From positions 1 to 64,000 of IMG/VR virus record IMGVR_UViG_2728369134_000004: a DNA stretch of 64,000 nucleotides. One strand, 5' to 3'. Source of the stretch: a virus. Its lineage: Duplodnaviria > Caudoviricetes. A program made the translations under genes and the position numbers. Below, piece by piece: positions 37,582-46,662 of this stretch; positions within the stretch are counted from its first letter, which is position 1, and every line of letters begins with the position of its first letter. A model generated the notes under the pieces. The model saw only the letters and a list, made by a program, of their open reading frames with translations. It was not told where the DNA came from and searched no databases.

Positions 37582-38263
37582 GTTTATTCGCTCCTTTATT
37601 TCGTTGATATTCAGATTCTAAAGCTTCCACATCATTTAAATTCTTAATGTTTTTGTTAGACCACTGTTTTAAGATACCCTCAGCATAATTCCATTTAGCT
37701 TGTTTTTTTAATGCACGTTCCATAGCAGCTATAACCAGTTCTTCGCTTGTATCTTTAATCCACTGTTCTATGCTATCTGCCATGAATGGATTTAAAATTC
37801 CAATGTTACTTTCATAGAATGAGAATGGATTCTTATTACTATTACTTTTTGTTAAATTAGTATTGTTAAGATTAGTATTGTTAGTGTTTCCCTCAGACAC
37901 TACCCCTAGTTTCTGTGAGACACTACCATGGTTTCCCTCAGACACTACTAGTTTCTGTGAGACACTAGGGGTAGGAAGAACATAATAGATATTTGATAAG
38001 TTATTACCTTGGTCATCTTTCCTATTAACCTTTTGGATGTATCCTTTTTCCTCTAAGGATTTAATACATTCTATTATTTTCTTTCTTCCACACCCAACTT
38101 TCTCAGTTAAAGTCGTCAAGGAAGGGAATGCTGATTGTGTATCACGATTCGCGTACCTGACAACAACTGCGTATGTTTTAAATTCATAAACATTTAAATC
38201 ACAATTATCAATTGCATCATTTTCTAGGATGAAAAAACCACGTCTTTTATCAATAAAATTCAT
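37526..38263 (-). CDS. Phage replication initiator (HTH plus DnaD domain)
   Basis: FPSLTTL wHTH; YAEGILKQW DnaD motif; internal iterons. Confidence 0.9.
   Translation of the reverse strand: MNFIDKRRGFFILENDAIDNCDLNVYEFKTYAVVVRYANRDTQSAFPSLTTLTEKVGCGRKKIIECIKSLEEKGYIQKVNRKDDQGNNLSNIYYVLPTPSVSQKLVVSEGNHGSVSQKLGVVSEGNTNNTNLNNTNLTKSNSNKNPFSFYESNIGILNPFMADSIEQWIKDTSEELVIAAMERALKKQAKWNYAEGILKQWSNKNIKNLNDVEALESEYQRNKGANKRVGIDRKSNDSDSEYIGL
37886..37967. repeat. Replication origin iterons
   Basis: GTTTCCCTCAGACACTAC x2 and CTAGTTTCTGTGAGACACTA x2, alternating, next to an AT-rich tract. Confidence 0.8.
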
Positions 38264-38521
38264 TCAATCCACCTTCTTTATCATCAAAAACGAATACTCT
38301 GTTTCAATTTCGTATCCAGATAGTTTGTACTTTCCTTTTCCAAAGTTTTTGTTCATATCATATTTATAATCTTTCCAAATACTTTTACGAACTTGGTATG
38401 GCCTTACATGATCGTAACCACGTTTTTCTAAATCACGAACTCTCCTTAATAACTTCCCTAAATGTGGGCCTTTCAAATGTATAGGTTTATTAACCTCATC
38501 GTTCCAAGCCATTTCATACAC
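38264..38521 (-). CDS. Hypothetical phage protein
   Basis: 85-aa ORF. Confidence 0.65.
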   Translation of the reverse strand: MYEMAWNDEVNKPIHLKGPHLGKLLRRVRDLEKRGYDHVRPYQVRKSIWKDYKYDMNKNFGKGKYKLSGYEIETEYSFLMIKKVD

Positions 38522-38690
38522 TCTCCCTTTGGCATACCGCTATATCACCTTGAATTTCAATTATTTTGTATCCTGGATAGCGGTCATGAGTAATGTACTT
38601 AATCGCCCTCAATTTCGCTTCTTTTTCGTTTTTCACGCCCTCCCATACCCATGAAGGAAGGACGACTTTCGATTGATTTTTATCTAACAT
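38514..38690 (-). CDS. 58-aa protein, not in ORF track
   Basis: MLDKNQSKVVLPSWVW...RYPGYKII; AAGGAG RBS. Confidence 0.65.
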   Translation of the reverse strand: MLDKNQSKVVLPSWVWEGVKNEKEAKLRAIKYITHDRYPGYKIIEIQGDIAVCQRESV

Positions 38691-38706
38691 AGGCTTTCAC
38701 TCCTTA

Positions 38707-38805
38707 TTTACTTAGAAGAAACGACTGTGATATAATAGAGGTACATAATAATCTGTTGTTTCTCAAACCATTCGATTAGGCGTAGTCGAATGGTTTTTAT
38801 TTTGT
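38707..38805 (+). ncRNA. Putative antisense sRNA with sigma-A promoter and terminator
   Basis: TG-A-TATAAT at 38728-38736; stem 38765-38796 with T tract. Confidence 0.45.
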
Positions 38806-38895
38806 TTTGATGCTGTACGCATCATCATGACCAGAAACGAGGTGGAGGGGAAAGGGTGTCCGCTCCTGATCATGATGACAAGCACAACGCTTGTC

Positions 38896-39033
38896 CTATT
38901 TAGCTAGAGTGATAAACTCCTTATGCATTTCCCAAATCTTATATGCACTTCTATGTAACCCTTTATCTTTTAAATCACGTATCATTTTGATGATGTTTGC
39001 TTTCTCTTCTTTGTCCCGCTGCTGTCTATCCAT
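38896..39033 (-). CDS. 45-aa protein, not in ORF track
   Basis: MDRQQRDKEEK...; coupled to the upstream stop. Confidence 0.55.
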   Translation of the reverse strand: MDRQQRDKEEKANIIKMIRDLKDKGLHRSAYKIWEMHKEFITLAK

Positions 39034-39149
39034 CACTTTTCATCCTTCATAAACCTTTTATCTATCCAATCCATCAGACGAATGAATCCTGCGGTCAAAA
39101 TGACAATTACCAGTATCATAAAATGTGAGAATGTGCTTTCTTCCATCAT
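39033..39149 (-). CDS. 38-aa single-TM peptide, not in ORF track
   Basis: MMEESTFSHFMILVIVILTAGFIRL...; GGAGG RBS. Confidence 0.55.
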   Translation of the reverse strand: MMEESTFSHFMILVIVILTAGFIRLMDWIDKRFMKDEK

Positions 39150-39161
39150 TTACATTGCCTC

Positions 39162-39803
39162 CTAGTCAATAATTTTTAAGTATCTTGGTCTAGGTTGTTT
39201 AACTACCGATGTTTGTCCTGTCTCGTTATCTATTAGTATTTTTTTGTTACCAGTTTCGCACATAGTGTAGGTTTTCAGATCAGGGAAGACTTCTTCCGTA
39301 AGTCCCTTACCTGTTTCTTTTCTTTTAATTTCGCTCATGGTTGTGAATGAAGTGACGCAAAATTCAAAGATGTCATTCCAATCATGGTAATTAAACAAGA
39401 ACTCCGAAACAGATTCTCCGATTTTGGTGTCTATACCAATCTCGTTTATAGCCTCCATTGTGGAGTAATAATCCTTAATGCCAAACTTCTTACCCTTATA
39501 CTCTTTTGATATCGGGAATATAGTCATAAATTCTCTTGGCGTTAACTCACCTATAACTTCTTTTATCCAACTAATAAGCTGAAATTTAGCTATCAATCCT
39601 TCATATGAATTTATATCTTTTAATTGGTTAACAAACTTAATTCCGTAGTACACTATTTTTCGAATCGTATCTTTATCACACGCCCCTGTTTCAGCGATTT
39701 GTTGAGTTCTGTCATTAGTTACTTTAGTGAAAACTCTGCTATAAATAGCGCAGTAATCAATTTCTTTCTTTTTAATTCCAGCTATAACTCGAAATTTTCC
39801 CAT
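39162..39803 (-). CDS. Hypothetical phage protein
   Basis: 213-aa ORF. Confidence 0.75.
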   Translation of the reverse strand: MGKFRVIAGIKKKEIDYCAIYSRVFTKVTNDRTQQIAETGACDKDTIRKIVYYGIKFVNQLKDINSYEGLIAKFQLISWIKEVIGELTPREFMTIFPISKEYKGKKFGIKDYYSTMEAINEIGIDTKIGESVSEFLFNYHDWNDIFEFCVTSFTTMSEIKRKETGKGLTEEVFPDLKTYTMCETGNKKILIDNETGQTSVVKQPRPRYLKIID

Positions 39804-39837
39804 GCTACTTCCACCCCCTCTTACATAATTTGTAGAT

Positions 39838-40413
39838 TTACTTACCTCCTTTTTGTGTAAAATTATTTAATTTTTTCCATGTGAGTTCTTTAAGGAGCTG
39901 TTTGTGTTTTTTTACTAAGCAGTTCGGTATATCGTCAATGGATTTCAACCCTAATTGCTGTTTTAAGTAGGACGTTATTTGTCTCATAACTTTAGTTGTG
40001 TCTTTCTTAATTAAGTCTCGAACAGCTTGTTCTAAGTCATTTTTCGAGCCTTCCATCGCTTCGAATGTGAGTTGTACTTTGTTTCCTACAAATTGTTGCG
40101 CTTTTCGATGACGATCTTTTTGCAAATCATCACGGATTATTTTTGAAGCTACATTTGATAACTGCGCCTTTGTTAGTCTTTCGTCAAAACTCCCTACAGT
40201 TTGGTCTAGCGTTTCGACTTTTTCTGTGTGCATATCAACTGCCTCGCCAAGCTTCCCTACATCTTGACCTACTTCTTCTAACATGTTGCTTTGACTCGCG
40301 AATTGCGTTTGTACCAACGCAAATAACTTTTCAATCATTGCATCGTTGCTTCTCTTAATAACTAAATCCCCTGATTCGTTAAGCGTGATTGGTAATTGTC
40401 TAATTGGATCCAT
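39838..40413 (-). CDS. Coiled-coil phage protein
   Basis: 191-aa ORF. Confidence 0.75.
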   Translation of the reverse strand: MDPIRQLPITLNESGDLVIKRSNDAMIEKLFALVQTQFASQSNMLEEVGQDVGKLGEAVDMHTEKVETLDQTVGSFDERLTKAQLSNVASKIIRDDLQKDRHRKAQQFVGNKVQLTFEAMEGSKNDLEQAVRDLIKKDTTKVMRQITSYLKQQLGLKSIDDIPNCLVKKHKQLLKELTWKKLNNFTQKGGK

Positions 40414-40427
40414 TTTTATTCCTCCAG

Positions 40428-41351
40428 TTAATTAATTTTTCTGCCTGTTTGAGCGATTTTTAAATCATTTATGAACTCTTGAAAGGCTTGAATACGCGAA
40501 TTAAGTAAATCTTTAGTAGCATCACTCGAATTCGCTATTGAACCCCTCATAAGAGAAGAAACCACTGCATCTTTTAAGAACTTGTCCATGTATGCAATAA
40601 GGTTATGAACGTTCTTATTGGAAATATAATTCATTGACTTTTCTTCTTTTTCCATGTCGTTTGCATCTTTAGATAATGCATCAGCTTTTTGTTTGTAGAA
40701 ATCAGCGTTGTCTTTATACTCTTGATTCTCTTCTTTTAACCTTTCAATCTCGTTAAGAAGGTCATCCGGAACAACTGGTACTTCTTTTACTATCTCTTTT
40801 TCAACAACTTGAGGTTCTTGATTATGTACGTTTTCTAGTTGTTTCATTGCGACTTGCTCTGATTTTCTTGCTTGTTCTAATTCCCTTTGTGATTCTTGTA
40901 TTTTGTGCTCTGCTTGTTCTAAGAGCTTGTCCTTTTCTTTAAGGGACTTTTTCACTTCCCGAAGCTCACGAACCGTCATTTCATCGACTGTTTTTTGTTC
41001 CCCTGTTGATGGAATGGTATGTGGTTGTTCGATGAATTGTTGGCGATCTATTTCTTGTGGAAGTGATAACATTTCAAAAATTTTATTTGGCGCTAAATTC
41101 CACGACGTCGTGGAATTTTCGAATTGTTCGTAAGCGCGCATGAATCTCCTTGCTTGTTCTTGCGAAAAATCCAGTTGATTCTCGCACCATCTACCAAATT
41201 CACCATGCATCAAATCATTTTCTTTCGCATGTTTTAATCGCTTTCCAATTTCAAATATCGACTGTCCTGCAATTTGTTGATAGCTTTTTATTTCTGCTGT
41301 AATGACGTTGATGTCGTTTGATAAGTTCATCACTTCATTCATTCGTTTCAC
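40428..41351 (-). CDS. DUF3102-domain protein
   Basis: [13 protein letters not shown]...HGEFGRW...MTVRELRE. Confidence 0.85.
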   Translation of the reverse strand: MKRMNEVMNLSNDINVITAEIKSYQQIAGQSIFEIGKRLKHAKENDLMHGEFGRWCENQLDFSQEQARRFMRAYEQFENSTTSWNLAPNKIFEMLSLPQEIDRQQFIEQPHTIPSTGEQKTVDEMTVRELREVKKSLKEKDKLLEQAEHKIQESQRELEQARKSEQVAMKQLENVHNQEPQVVEKEIVKEVPVVPDDLLNEIERLKEENQEYKDNADFYKQKADALSKDANDMEKEEKSMNYISNKNVHNLIAYMDKFLKDAVVSSLMRGSIANSSDATKDLLNSRIQAFQEFINDLKIAQTGRKIN

Positions 41352-41386
41352 CTACTTTCTCGTTTAAAACTTGTAATTGATCCATT

Positions 41387-41626
41387 TTATTTCCCCTCCG
41401 TTCTTGATGTTGTCATTTCGACAACATTTTGAGCAAAAAAAAGTTCATCTATTGATACTCCAAGTGCATTTGCTAGGGTAGGTATCTTTTCAGCATCTAA
41501 TCTTCTCTTTCCGTTTTCTATGAAAGAAATAGCTGAAGCGTGGCTGAAGTCAAGCTTCTTAGCTAATTTTTCTTGAGTAATATTCTTTTGCTTGCGAATA
41601 TCTCGAACTCTGCTTCCGAAAGTCAT
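41387..41626 (-). CDS. Cro-like XRE regulator
   Basis: TQEKLAKKL...ISFIENGKR; first lytic gene. Confidence 0.9.
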   Translation of the reverse strand: MTFGSRVRDIRKQKNITQEKLAKKLDFSHASAISFIENGKRRLDAEKIPTLANALGVSIDELFFAQNVVEMTTSRTEGK

Positions 41627-41765
41627 ATCCGCTTCACCTCCTGTCGTTGTCGTTTTGACAACTTCTTGATTTCATTATAGGTTGTCATTTCGTAAATGTA
41701 AACCCCGTTTTGTCATTTTGTTAAAAATATTTTTACAGATAGTGAAAAGTTGTCAAAAAGTATAT
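41407..41765. promoter_or_regulatory. Switch operators GTTGTC-N5-GACAAC
   Basis: Perfect copies 41409-25 and 41646-62; degenerate copies 41681-97, 41709-25, 41749-65. Confidence 0.75.
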
Positions 41766-41853
41766 ATACTGTAATTAAAGAACAATGCTTTGCAATGCAA
41801 AACATTGCAAACTACACAATGGGATCTTATTTATAAAGGGGAATAATAAAATT

Positions 41854-42198
41854 ATGAACTTAAACGAAAGATTGAAAGCGTGTCGCGAAAAGAAAGGTTA
41901 CACACAGACTTTCATCTCAGAAAAATTAGACGTGAACAAAGCCACTTTATCTAGTTACGAATCAGGAAGACGTAAACCTGACTACGAGACATTAACTAAA
42001 CTAGCAGACATATACGAGGTTTCAGTTGATTACTTATTAGGAAGATCAATACATCAAAAATTAACAGTAAAAGAAACAGAAGAGATCAGTAAAGAGACTA
42101 ACGAATGGATGAAACTAATCAACCAACTATCAGAGGACAACAAAGAGTTATTTAAATCAACAATTCAAAGCTTTATATCTAAAAATAAAACTCCGTGA
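41854..42198 (+). CDS. CI-like XRE repressor (AimC-type, no peptidase domain)
   Basis: LKACREKKGYTQ...YESGRRKPD...VDYLLG; divergent from cro. Confidence 0.9.
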   Translation: MNLNERLKACREKKGYTQTFISEKLDVNKATLSSYESGRRKPDYETLTKLADIYEVSVDYLLGRSIHQKLTVKETEEISKETNEWMKLINQLSEDNKELFKSTIQSFISKNKTP

Positions 42199-42228
42199 GA
42201 CTAATAATTGTCTACGGAGTTTTATTTT
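42182..42228. terminator. Bidirectional terminator between cI and the aimX-like ORF
   Basis: AAAATAAAACTCCGT...ACGGAGTTTTATTTT. Confidence 0.8.
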
Positions 42229-42334
42229 ACTTTTTTTCTGTATTTGATAATTCTAGTAGCATTTCACGTAGATGATCAATGTTTACCCCTTCTGTCTTCT
42301 CCATTAATAATAATTCAGATACTAAATTCTCCAT
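42227..42334 (-). CDS. aimX: 35-aa AimX-like peptide, not in ORF track
   Basis: MENLVSELLLMEKTEGVNIDHLREMLLELSNTEKK*, AGGGGG RBS; downstream of aimP, convergent on cI. Confidence 0.6.
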   Translation of the reverse strand: MENLVSELLLMEKTEGVNIDHLREMLLELSNTEKK

Positions 42335-42436
42335 AATACGTTGTCCCCCTCGAAATGTTTATGTATCAGCTTTTATAAGACTGTTTTGGAAAGCATTTGA
42401 CCACATGGTCGATTCGCTTCCATTCCCCTTAAATTA

Positions 42437-42471
42437 GAAATGACACTATCAACAATTGATAGTGTCATTTC
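42437..42471. terminator. Perfect 16-bp hairpin after aimP
   Basis: GAAATGACACTATCAA-CAA-TTGATAGTGTCATTTC. Confidence 0.7.
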
Positions 42472-42507
42472 CTTTATCTATTAAATTCCCGTTGTGTTGC
42501 GACAGAA

Positions 42508-42660
42508 TCAGCCGCCTGTCCCACCGGGATCAGCTTCCATATATAGTACAGGTTGTTCTGATTTAGCAACCTGTTGTGTTTCTTCTGTTTTTACTGCTGT
42601 AAAAGAAAAACAAGCTACAGCGGCAATCGCTAAAATCGATTTAATGACCTTTAATTTCAA
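42508..42660 (-). CDS. aimP: Arbitrium pre-peptide AimP (50 aa), not in ORF track
   Basis: MKLKVIKSILAIAAVACFSFTA signal peptide ...VLYMEADPGGTGG*; TTG start, AAGGTGG RBS. Confidence 0.88.
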   Translation of the reverse strand: MKLKVIKSILAIAAVACFSFTAVKTEETQQVAKSEQPVLYMEADPGGTGG

Positions 42661-42694
42661 TCATTTCACCACCTTTATGTATGCCTTCATTATA

Positions 42695-43834
42695 TCATTT
42701 CAAAGCCATTTTAGGTAGGGAAATATAGAAAAAATCACCTGTTTTTTCAAAATCTGCTATGGCCTCTTCAAAGAATGTTTTATCTCCTGTAGCAAGACCT
42801 TTGTAGTATTTTTGGAAAGGAGAAAGACTGCCATATTTCTTTTCTAACCCCTCTAAAATAATAATCGCCTCTTTCTCTCTGCCTATTTTTGCGTATAAAT
42901 GTGCTTTTTCAGCTAAACTCGACGGGTTTATTTTATCAAGATTCTTTTCATGAACTATATTAAGAAAATCAAGCGTGTTTTTTATAAACCCTTTACGATT
43001 AAGAAGTTTTTTATTTGTAATGATTGGAAGAGTGGCGAAAGATTGTTCTAAAAAATAATGTGCCTTTTCATAATCCATCATATGCGTTTCGGCCAATGTA
43101 CAATAAGCTAATGATTTCATACAATCATAAGGATTAGTTTCATCGTTTATAATTTCGAAACATAATTTCCTCGCAGTCTCTAAATCATTTCCTCTTTGTG
43201 CACTCATTGACTCCATTTCTTTTATTCGTAATGAATATGATTTTCTAATGGTATCTTTACTAACATCATCAATCATTGGTTTCAATTGATTTGTATATTG
43301 TGAAACCATTCGATAGTCGCCAAAATTTAGTTGAGCATATATAAACGCAAACCCTGATAATATTTTAGCTTCGTTGTTAGATGTTTTAAAAGAATTCCTC
43401 ATCTTGTCCGTCTCCACAAAAAAGTCATTATTAGATATCCTTCCAGACAGTCGCAGAGCAAGTAAATCATAAATAGATGCTATTTTCTTATTTATTCTTG
43501 CGTTTTTCGTAGTTTTATCTGAGTTTATTATTTTAGCGGTCAATTGTTTTTGTAATCCGTATTCGCCATACATATTCAAAACTTCCATGGCTACCCGTTC
43601 ATTAACTGGCGTTAATTGTTCGAACATTTTTTTGACGCATTCTCTTCTATAGTTGATGTTATTCGGTTTATGCAACCTCAATGATTCTACAAAGTGCATA
43701 AAGTCAAATTCACTAGTCGCTTTAAAATAACTGTTCACAGTTGTGTGACTAACATCGAATCGTTTAGCTAATTTACGATTCGTGTACCCGTTACTCTTTA
43801 AATCCTCATGCATGTTACTTAATAAACTCTGCAT
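42695..43834 (-). CDS. aimR: Arbitrium receptor AimR (HTH plus TPR)
   Basis: ~379 aa; N-terminal HTH, TPR-like helices, C-terminal FEKTGDFFY; followed by aimP. Confidence 0.9.
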   Translation of the reverse strand: MQSLLSNMHEDLKSNGYTNRKLAKRFDVSHTTVNSYFKATSEFDFMHFVESLRLHKPNNINYRRECVKKMFEQLTPVNERVAMEVLNMYGEYGLQKQLTAKIINSDKTTKNARINKKIASIYDLLALRLSGRISNNDFFVETDKMRNSFKTSNNEAKILSGFAFIYAQLNFGDYRMVSQYTNQLKPMIDDVSKDTIRKSYSLRIKEMESMSAQRGNDLETARKLCFEIINDETNPYDCMKSLAYCTLAETHMMDYEKAHYFLEQSFATLPIITNKKLLNRKGFIKNTLDFLNIVHEKNLDKINPSSLAEKAHLYAKIGREKEAIIILEGLEKKYGSLSPFQKYYKGLATGDKTFFEEAIADFEKTGDFFYISLPKMALK

Positions 43835-43934
43835 TATTTGTCCTCCTCGTGGACAAAAAGACACGTAAACCCCATTTTCTTACATAAAAGGAAAACGTGT
43901 CACTCTCACTCTAAGTTGTGTTATAATATGTATG

Positions 43935-44025
43935 TACAAGATCCGCGACAATGTTCCCTAGTGTGGTTAGGGGGCAGTGTAAGAGTGTTACCAGCACTAC
44001 TTACACCGTGGGTCTTTTTTCACGT
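43935..44025 (+). ncRNA. Structured RNA antisense to the aimR leader
   Basis: TG-T-TATAAT 43919-27; closing stem 43938-47/44007-16 with two inner hairpins; G-U pairs work on the + strand. Confidence 0.45.
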
Positions 44026-44210
44026 CCGTTTATTTTATTTGTTTTCATAATATCACATTTTTGGCAAATTTCAGTCATGCAGTTATCAGACAATTATTGA
44101 GAAAATTAAGAAATCCCTTATTATCAAGGTTTCTCAAGCGATACAAAAATAAAATATGCAATTATGCATGGAACGCTTGAAGACCTCACATGCATATATT
44201 ACCATAAAAT

Positions 44211-44224
44211 CGAACTTTTGTTCT
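44211..44224. promoter_or_regulatory. LexA/DinR SOS box
   Basis: CGAAC-TTTT-GTTCT, next to a minus-strand TG-G-TAATAT -10 upstream of aimR. Confidence 0.7.
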
Positions 44225-44363
44225 AAGTATTTTTATCATGATTCAAAATTAATCTTTTTAAAATTAAAATGTTTTATAATTAATCGTTTTATCCAAATAT
44301 ATACCATTTACTTTGCTCGTTCGCTTATAATTGTCACAGATAAAAAAGGGCGGTGAATAGTCA

Positions 44364-44681
44364 TTGCTTAGCGAACGACTTATATACTTTCGAAAGAAAA
44401 ACAAACTTACTCAAAATGATGTTGCTCACCATCTTAATGTTGTTCGTTCAACATATACCAATTGGGAAGCGGGAAGATCTGAACCTGACGTTTCTACTCT
44501 AATCAAGATTGCTGATCTATATAACATTAGTCTGGACAATCTGGTCGGCAGAGAATACCGGATACCACCACAAGTCGAGGTCATATTAGATCAAATTTCT
44601 AAACTAGACACAGAACCACAAAAGAAAGCACTAAACCTCTTAGTGGAATATACATACTTGGTGAAAAAGTATTTTATGTAG
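44364..44681 (+). CDS. XRE family HTH regulator
   Basis: LTQNDVA...WEAGRSEPD...LDNLVG. Confidence 0.88.
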   Translation: MLSERLIYFRKKNKLTQNDVAHHLNVVRSTYTNWEAGRSEPDVSTLIKIADLYNISLDNLVGREYRIPPQVEVILDQISKLDTEPQKKALNLLVEYTYLVKKYFM

Positions 44682-45001
44682 GTCTCACACTCCTTATTTT
44701 AACGTATAAACACCTTTAAACATCAAGGTAATATGAATCCTCTATTGAAGATTCTAAAACAAAATACGGAGCGTTGCAGCGCTCAATATTTCAAATTAAA
44801 GATATTGTATTTGAATCCATAGTAAAAGAAATCATTTCCAAAATAAAGAGGTAAAATTTTACATAATTTTACCATATTAACCAATGAGGGCTTCGGCTCT
44901 CTTTTTTATTTTCTTTCGACAAAATATGACAATATTCGAATTGATTGTTTGCTATGATAGGCTCGGAAATCTTACATTTTACATAACTGGAGGAAACAAA
45001 A

Positions 45002-45613
45002 ATGAAAAAACCGTTCTACAAAAAATGGTGGTTCTGGGTTATCGTTGTTATCGTAGTACTCGGAGCTTATGGTAATAGCAGCAAGGATACAGAAGATACT
45101 AAAACAGCTTCTACTGAACCAAAACAAGAGGCTAAACAGGAAACGAAAAAGGATGAGCCTAAGAAAGACGAAGCTAAAAAAGAGGAACCAAAGAAAGAAG
45201 AACCTAAAAAGGAACTTTCTAAAGAGGGCGAGTCTTCTAAAGTTAAAATCGCTGTAGGTTCTGTTGAATCAACAGATTCAGTAGGTGGTCAATACTTAAG
45301 CGAAAAAGCGCAAGGTGTGTTTAAAATCGTTGAGGTTTCTATCACTAACAACCAAAAAGACGCTATCACTGTCGATGCTAACAGCTTCAAATTAGTTGAT
45401 AATCAAGATCGTGAATTCAAATACTCTACACAAGCTCAAACTGCTTTTGATGTAGGTAACGGCGGTAAATCTGATTTCTTCTTAAAACAACTTAACCCTG
45501 GACTAACTCAAACAGGAAAAATCATTTTTGATGTTCCTGCTGACGCACAAGGCTTAGTTTTAAAAGCTCGCGGCGGTATGATGGGTAAAGAAATTAAATT
45601 AAAAGTAGAATAG
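45002..45613 (+). CDS. DUF4352 membrane-anchored surface protein (possible superinfection exclusion)
   Basis: KKPFYKKWWFW anchor, K/E/P linker, FKLVD...LNPG...FDVP Ig-like domain. Confidence 0.85.
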   Translation: MKKPFYKKWWFWVIVVIVVLGAYGNSSKDTEDTKTASTEPKQEAKQETKKDEPKKDEAKKEEPKKEEPKKELSKEGESSKVKIAVGSVESTDSVGGQYLSEKAQGVFKIVEVSITNNQKDAITVDANSFKLVDNQDREFKYSTQAQTAFDVGNGGKSDFFLKQLNPGLTQTGKIIFDVPADAQGLVLKARGGMMGKEIKLKVE

Positions 45614-45794
45614 TTGAAGGCACTCGAAAGAGTGCTTTTCTTTTTTCTCAATCTTCTAACATTCTATAATGTGATATAATGATATTGGATGAGAATCCAA
45701 CACTCATATTATTAAAATTAAAGTGGTTATCAAGTCGGAGGAAGGCACCTTTGGGTGTCTTTTCTTTATACAAAAAAACACGTCAAATTAACTT

Positions 45795-46323
45795 TTAAAC
45801 GTGTTTTTCGGTGAAATGATATTTAATATAATCTATCCCTAGACTAACTAACGGAATAATTATTGCTAAACTTAACGCATAAACCATCGTTTTTATACCT
45901 GTATAGGGGTACCGCCAGCATTTCGGAAAAAAACCACGTTAAGAATTTTTCGGTTAATGTTCCCCTGATTTAAGGACAATACAAGGGGAGAAAGAAACAT
46001 CTATGCTGAAAAGTGTAACGTATACTTTTGGAAAAGGTTTATGGCAATCATTTTGGTAATTACTTTTGGTAAAAGACTACCTCTTTGCTATCAAGAACCT
46101 TAACCAAGATTGAATAAATTACAAAAATTATGGTTTTTGGTAACTAAAGTTTTCCTTAACGCTGTTAAAAGTACTCGTTTTTATGTTGAAATTTGCTTAA
46201 CGTGGTTTTTTTCCGTTTTGCGGTCTGTACCCCTGTATAACCTAGAAATTTATCCGCTATAACTAACGCTAAAACAAATAATATTGTTGATTTTATAAAT
46301 AGTTTAAGAAGATCAATTTTCAT
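45795..46323 (-). pseudogene. 64-aa two-TM protein gene disrupted by the MITE
   Basis: Removing 45906-46233 and one TGTATA copy restores MKIDLL...GYTGIKTMVYALSLAIIIP...EKHV*. Confidence 0.8.
45906..46233. mobile_element. 328-bp non-autonomous Tn3-family (Tn4430-like) MITE
   Basis: 38-bp terminal IRs GGGGTAC...CGGAAAAAAACCACGTTAAG at 45906-43 and 46196-233; TGTATA direct repeats at 45900-05 and 46234-39. Confidence 0.92.
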
Positions 46324-46476
46324 ATTAGTTCCTCCTTCATATCTCATTAGAAATGCAAAACTTTTCAAATGAGTGTATAATATACATTAGACAGAGGCAC
46401 AATTGCAAGAGAACAGAGTGGTTGAGACACCCTGTTCTATGTAATACTCACTTATTAGTGAGTGAACGGAACATAA

Positions 46477-46662
46477 CTAAAAGTAAAAAGTAACTATCTT
46501 TAGCACTCTTAGCCACTCTACAGCTACGTTCATAGCTTGAGTGGCTTTTACATATGTAAAAATAGATAAATTCCGCGTTTTTTGTTCTATATATTCAACG
46601 AAAGGTTCAATGAAGTACCTTTCCATGAAAAACAATAATACAGCCCCTATCAATTCTTTCAC
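46477..46662 (-). CDS. Small hydrophobic protein
   Basis: GTG start after AGGAGGTG; hairpins on both sides. Confidence 0.55.
   Translation of the reverse strand: MKELIGAVLLFFMERYFIEPFVEYIEQKTRNLSIFTYVKATQAMNVAVEWLRVLKIVTFYF

Larger units (their letters stand above)
527..44300 (-). mobile_element. Wbeta/Gamma-like cos siphovirus prophage integrated in gerE; right boundary uncertain
   Basis: Integrase-lysis-tail-head-terminase-early-switch gene order is complete; cos sequence CGCCGCCCC. Confidence 0.9.

Noticed and set aside
43938-44021. tRNA call for the multi-stem RNA
   Set aside because: Only two inner arms; no T-loop (GTTCRA) or CCA end
44758-44769. 12-bp match AACAAAATACGG to the site upstream of the tyrosine recombinase
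   Set aside because: Lacks the TTTG arm, has the opposite orientation, and is plausible by chance in AT-rich DNA
46165-46368. 67-aa ORF in the track as a real gene
   Set aside because: It is the 5' half of the disrupted gene reading into the MITE end
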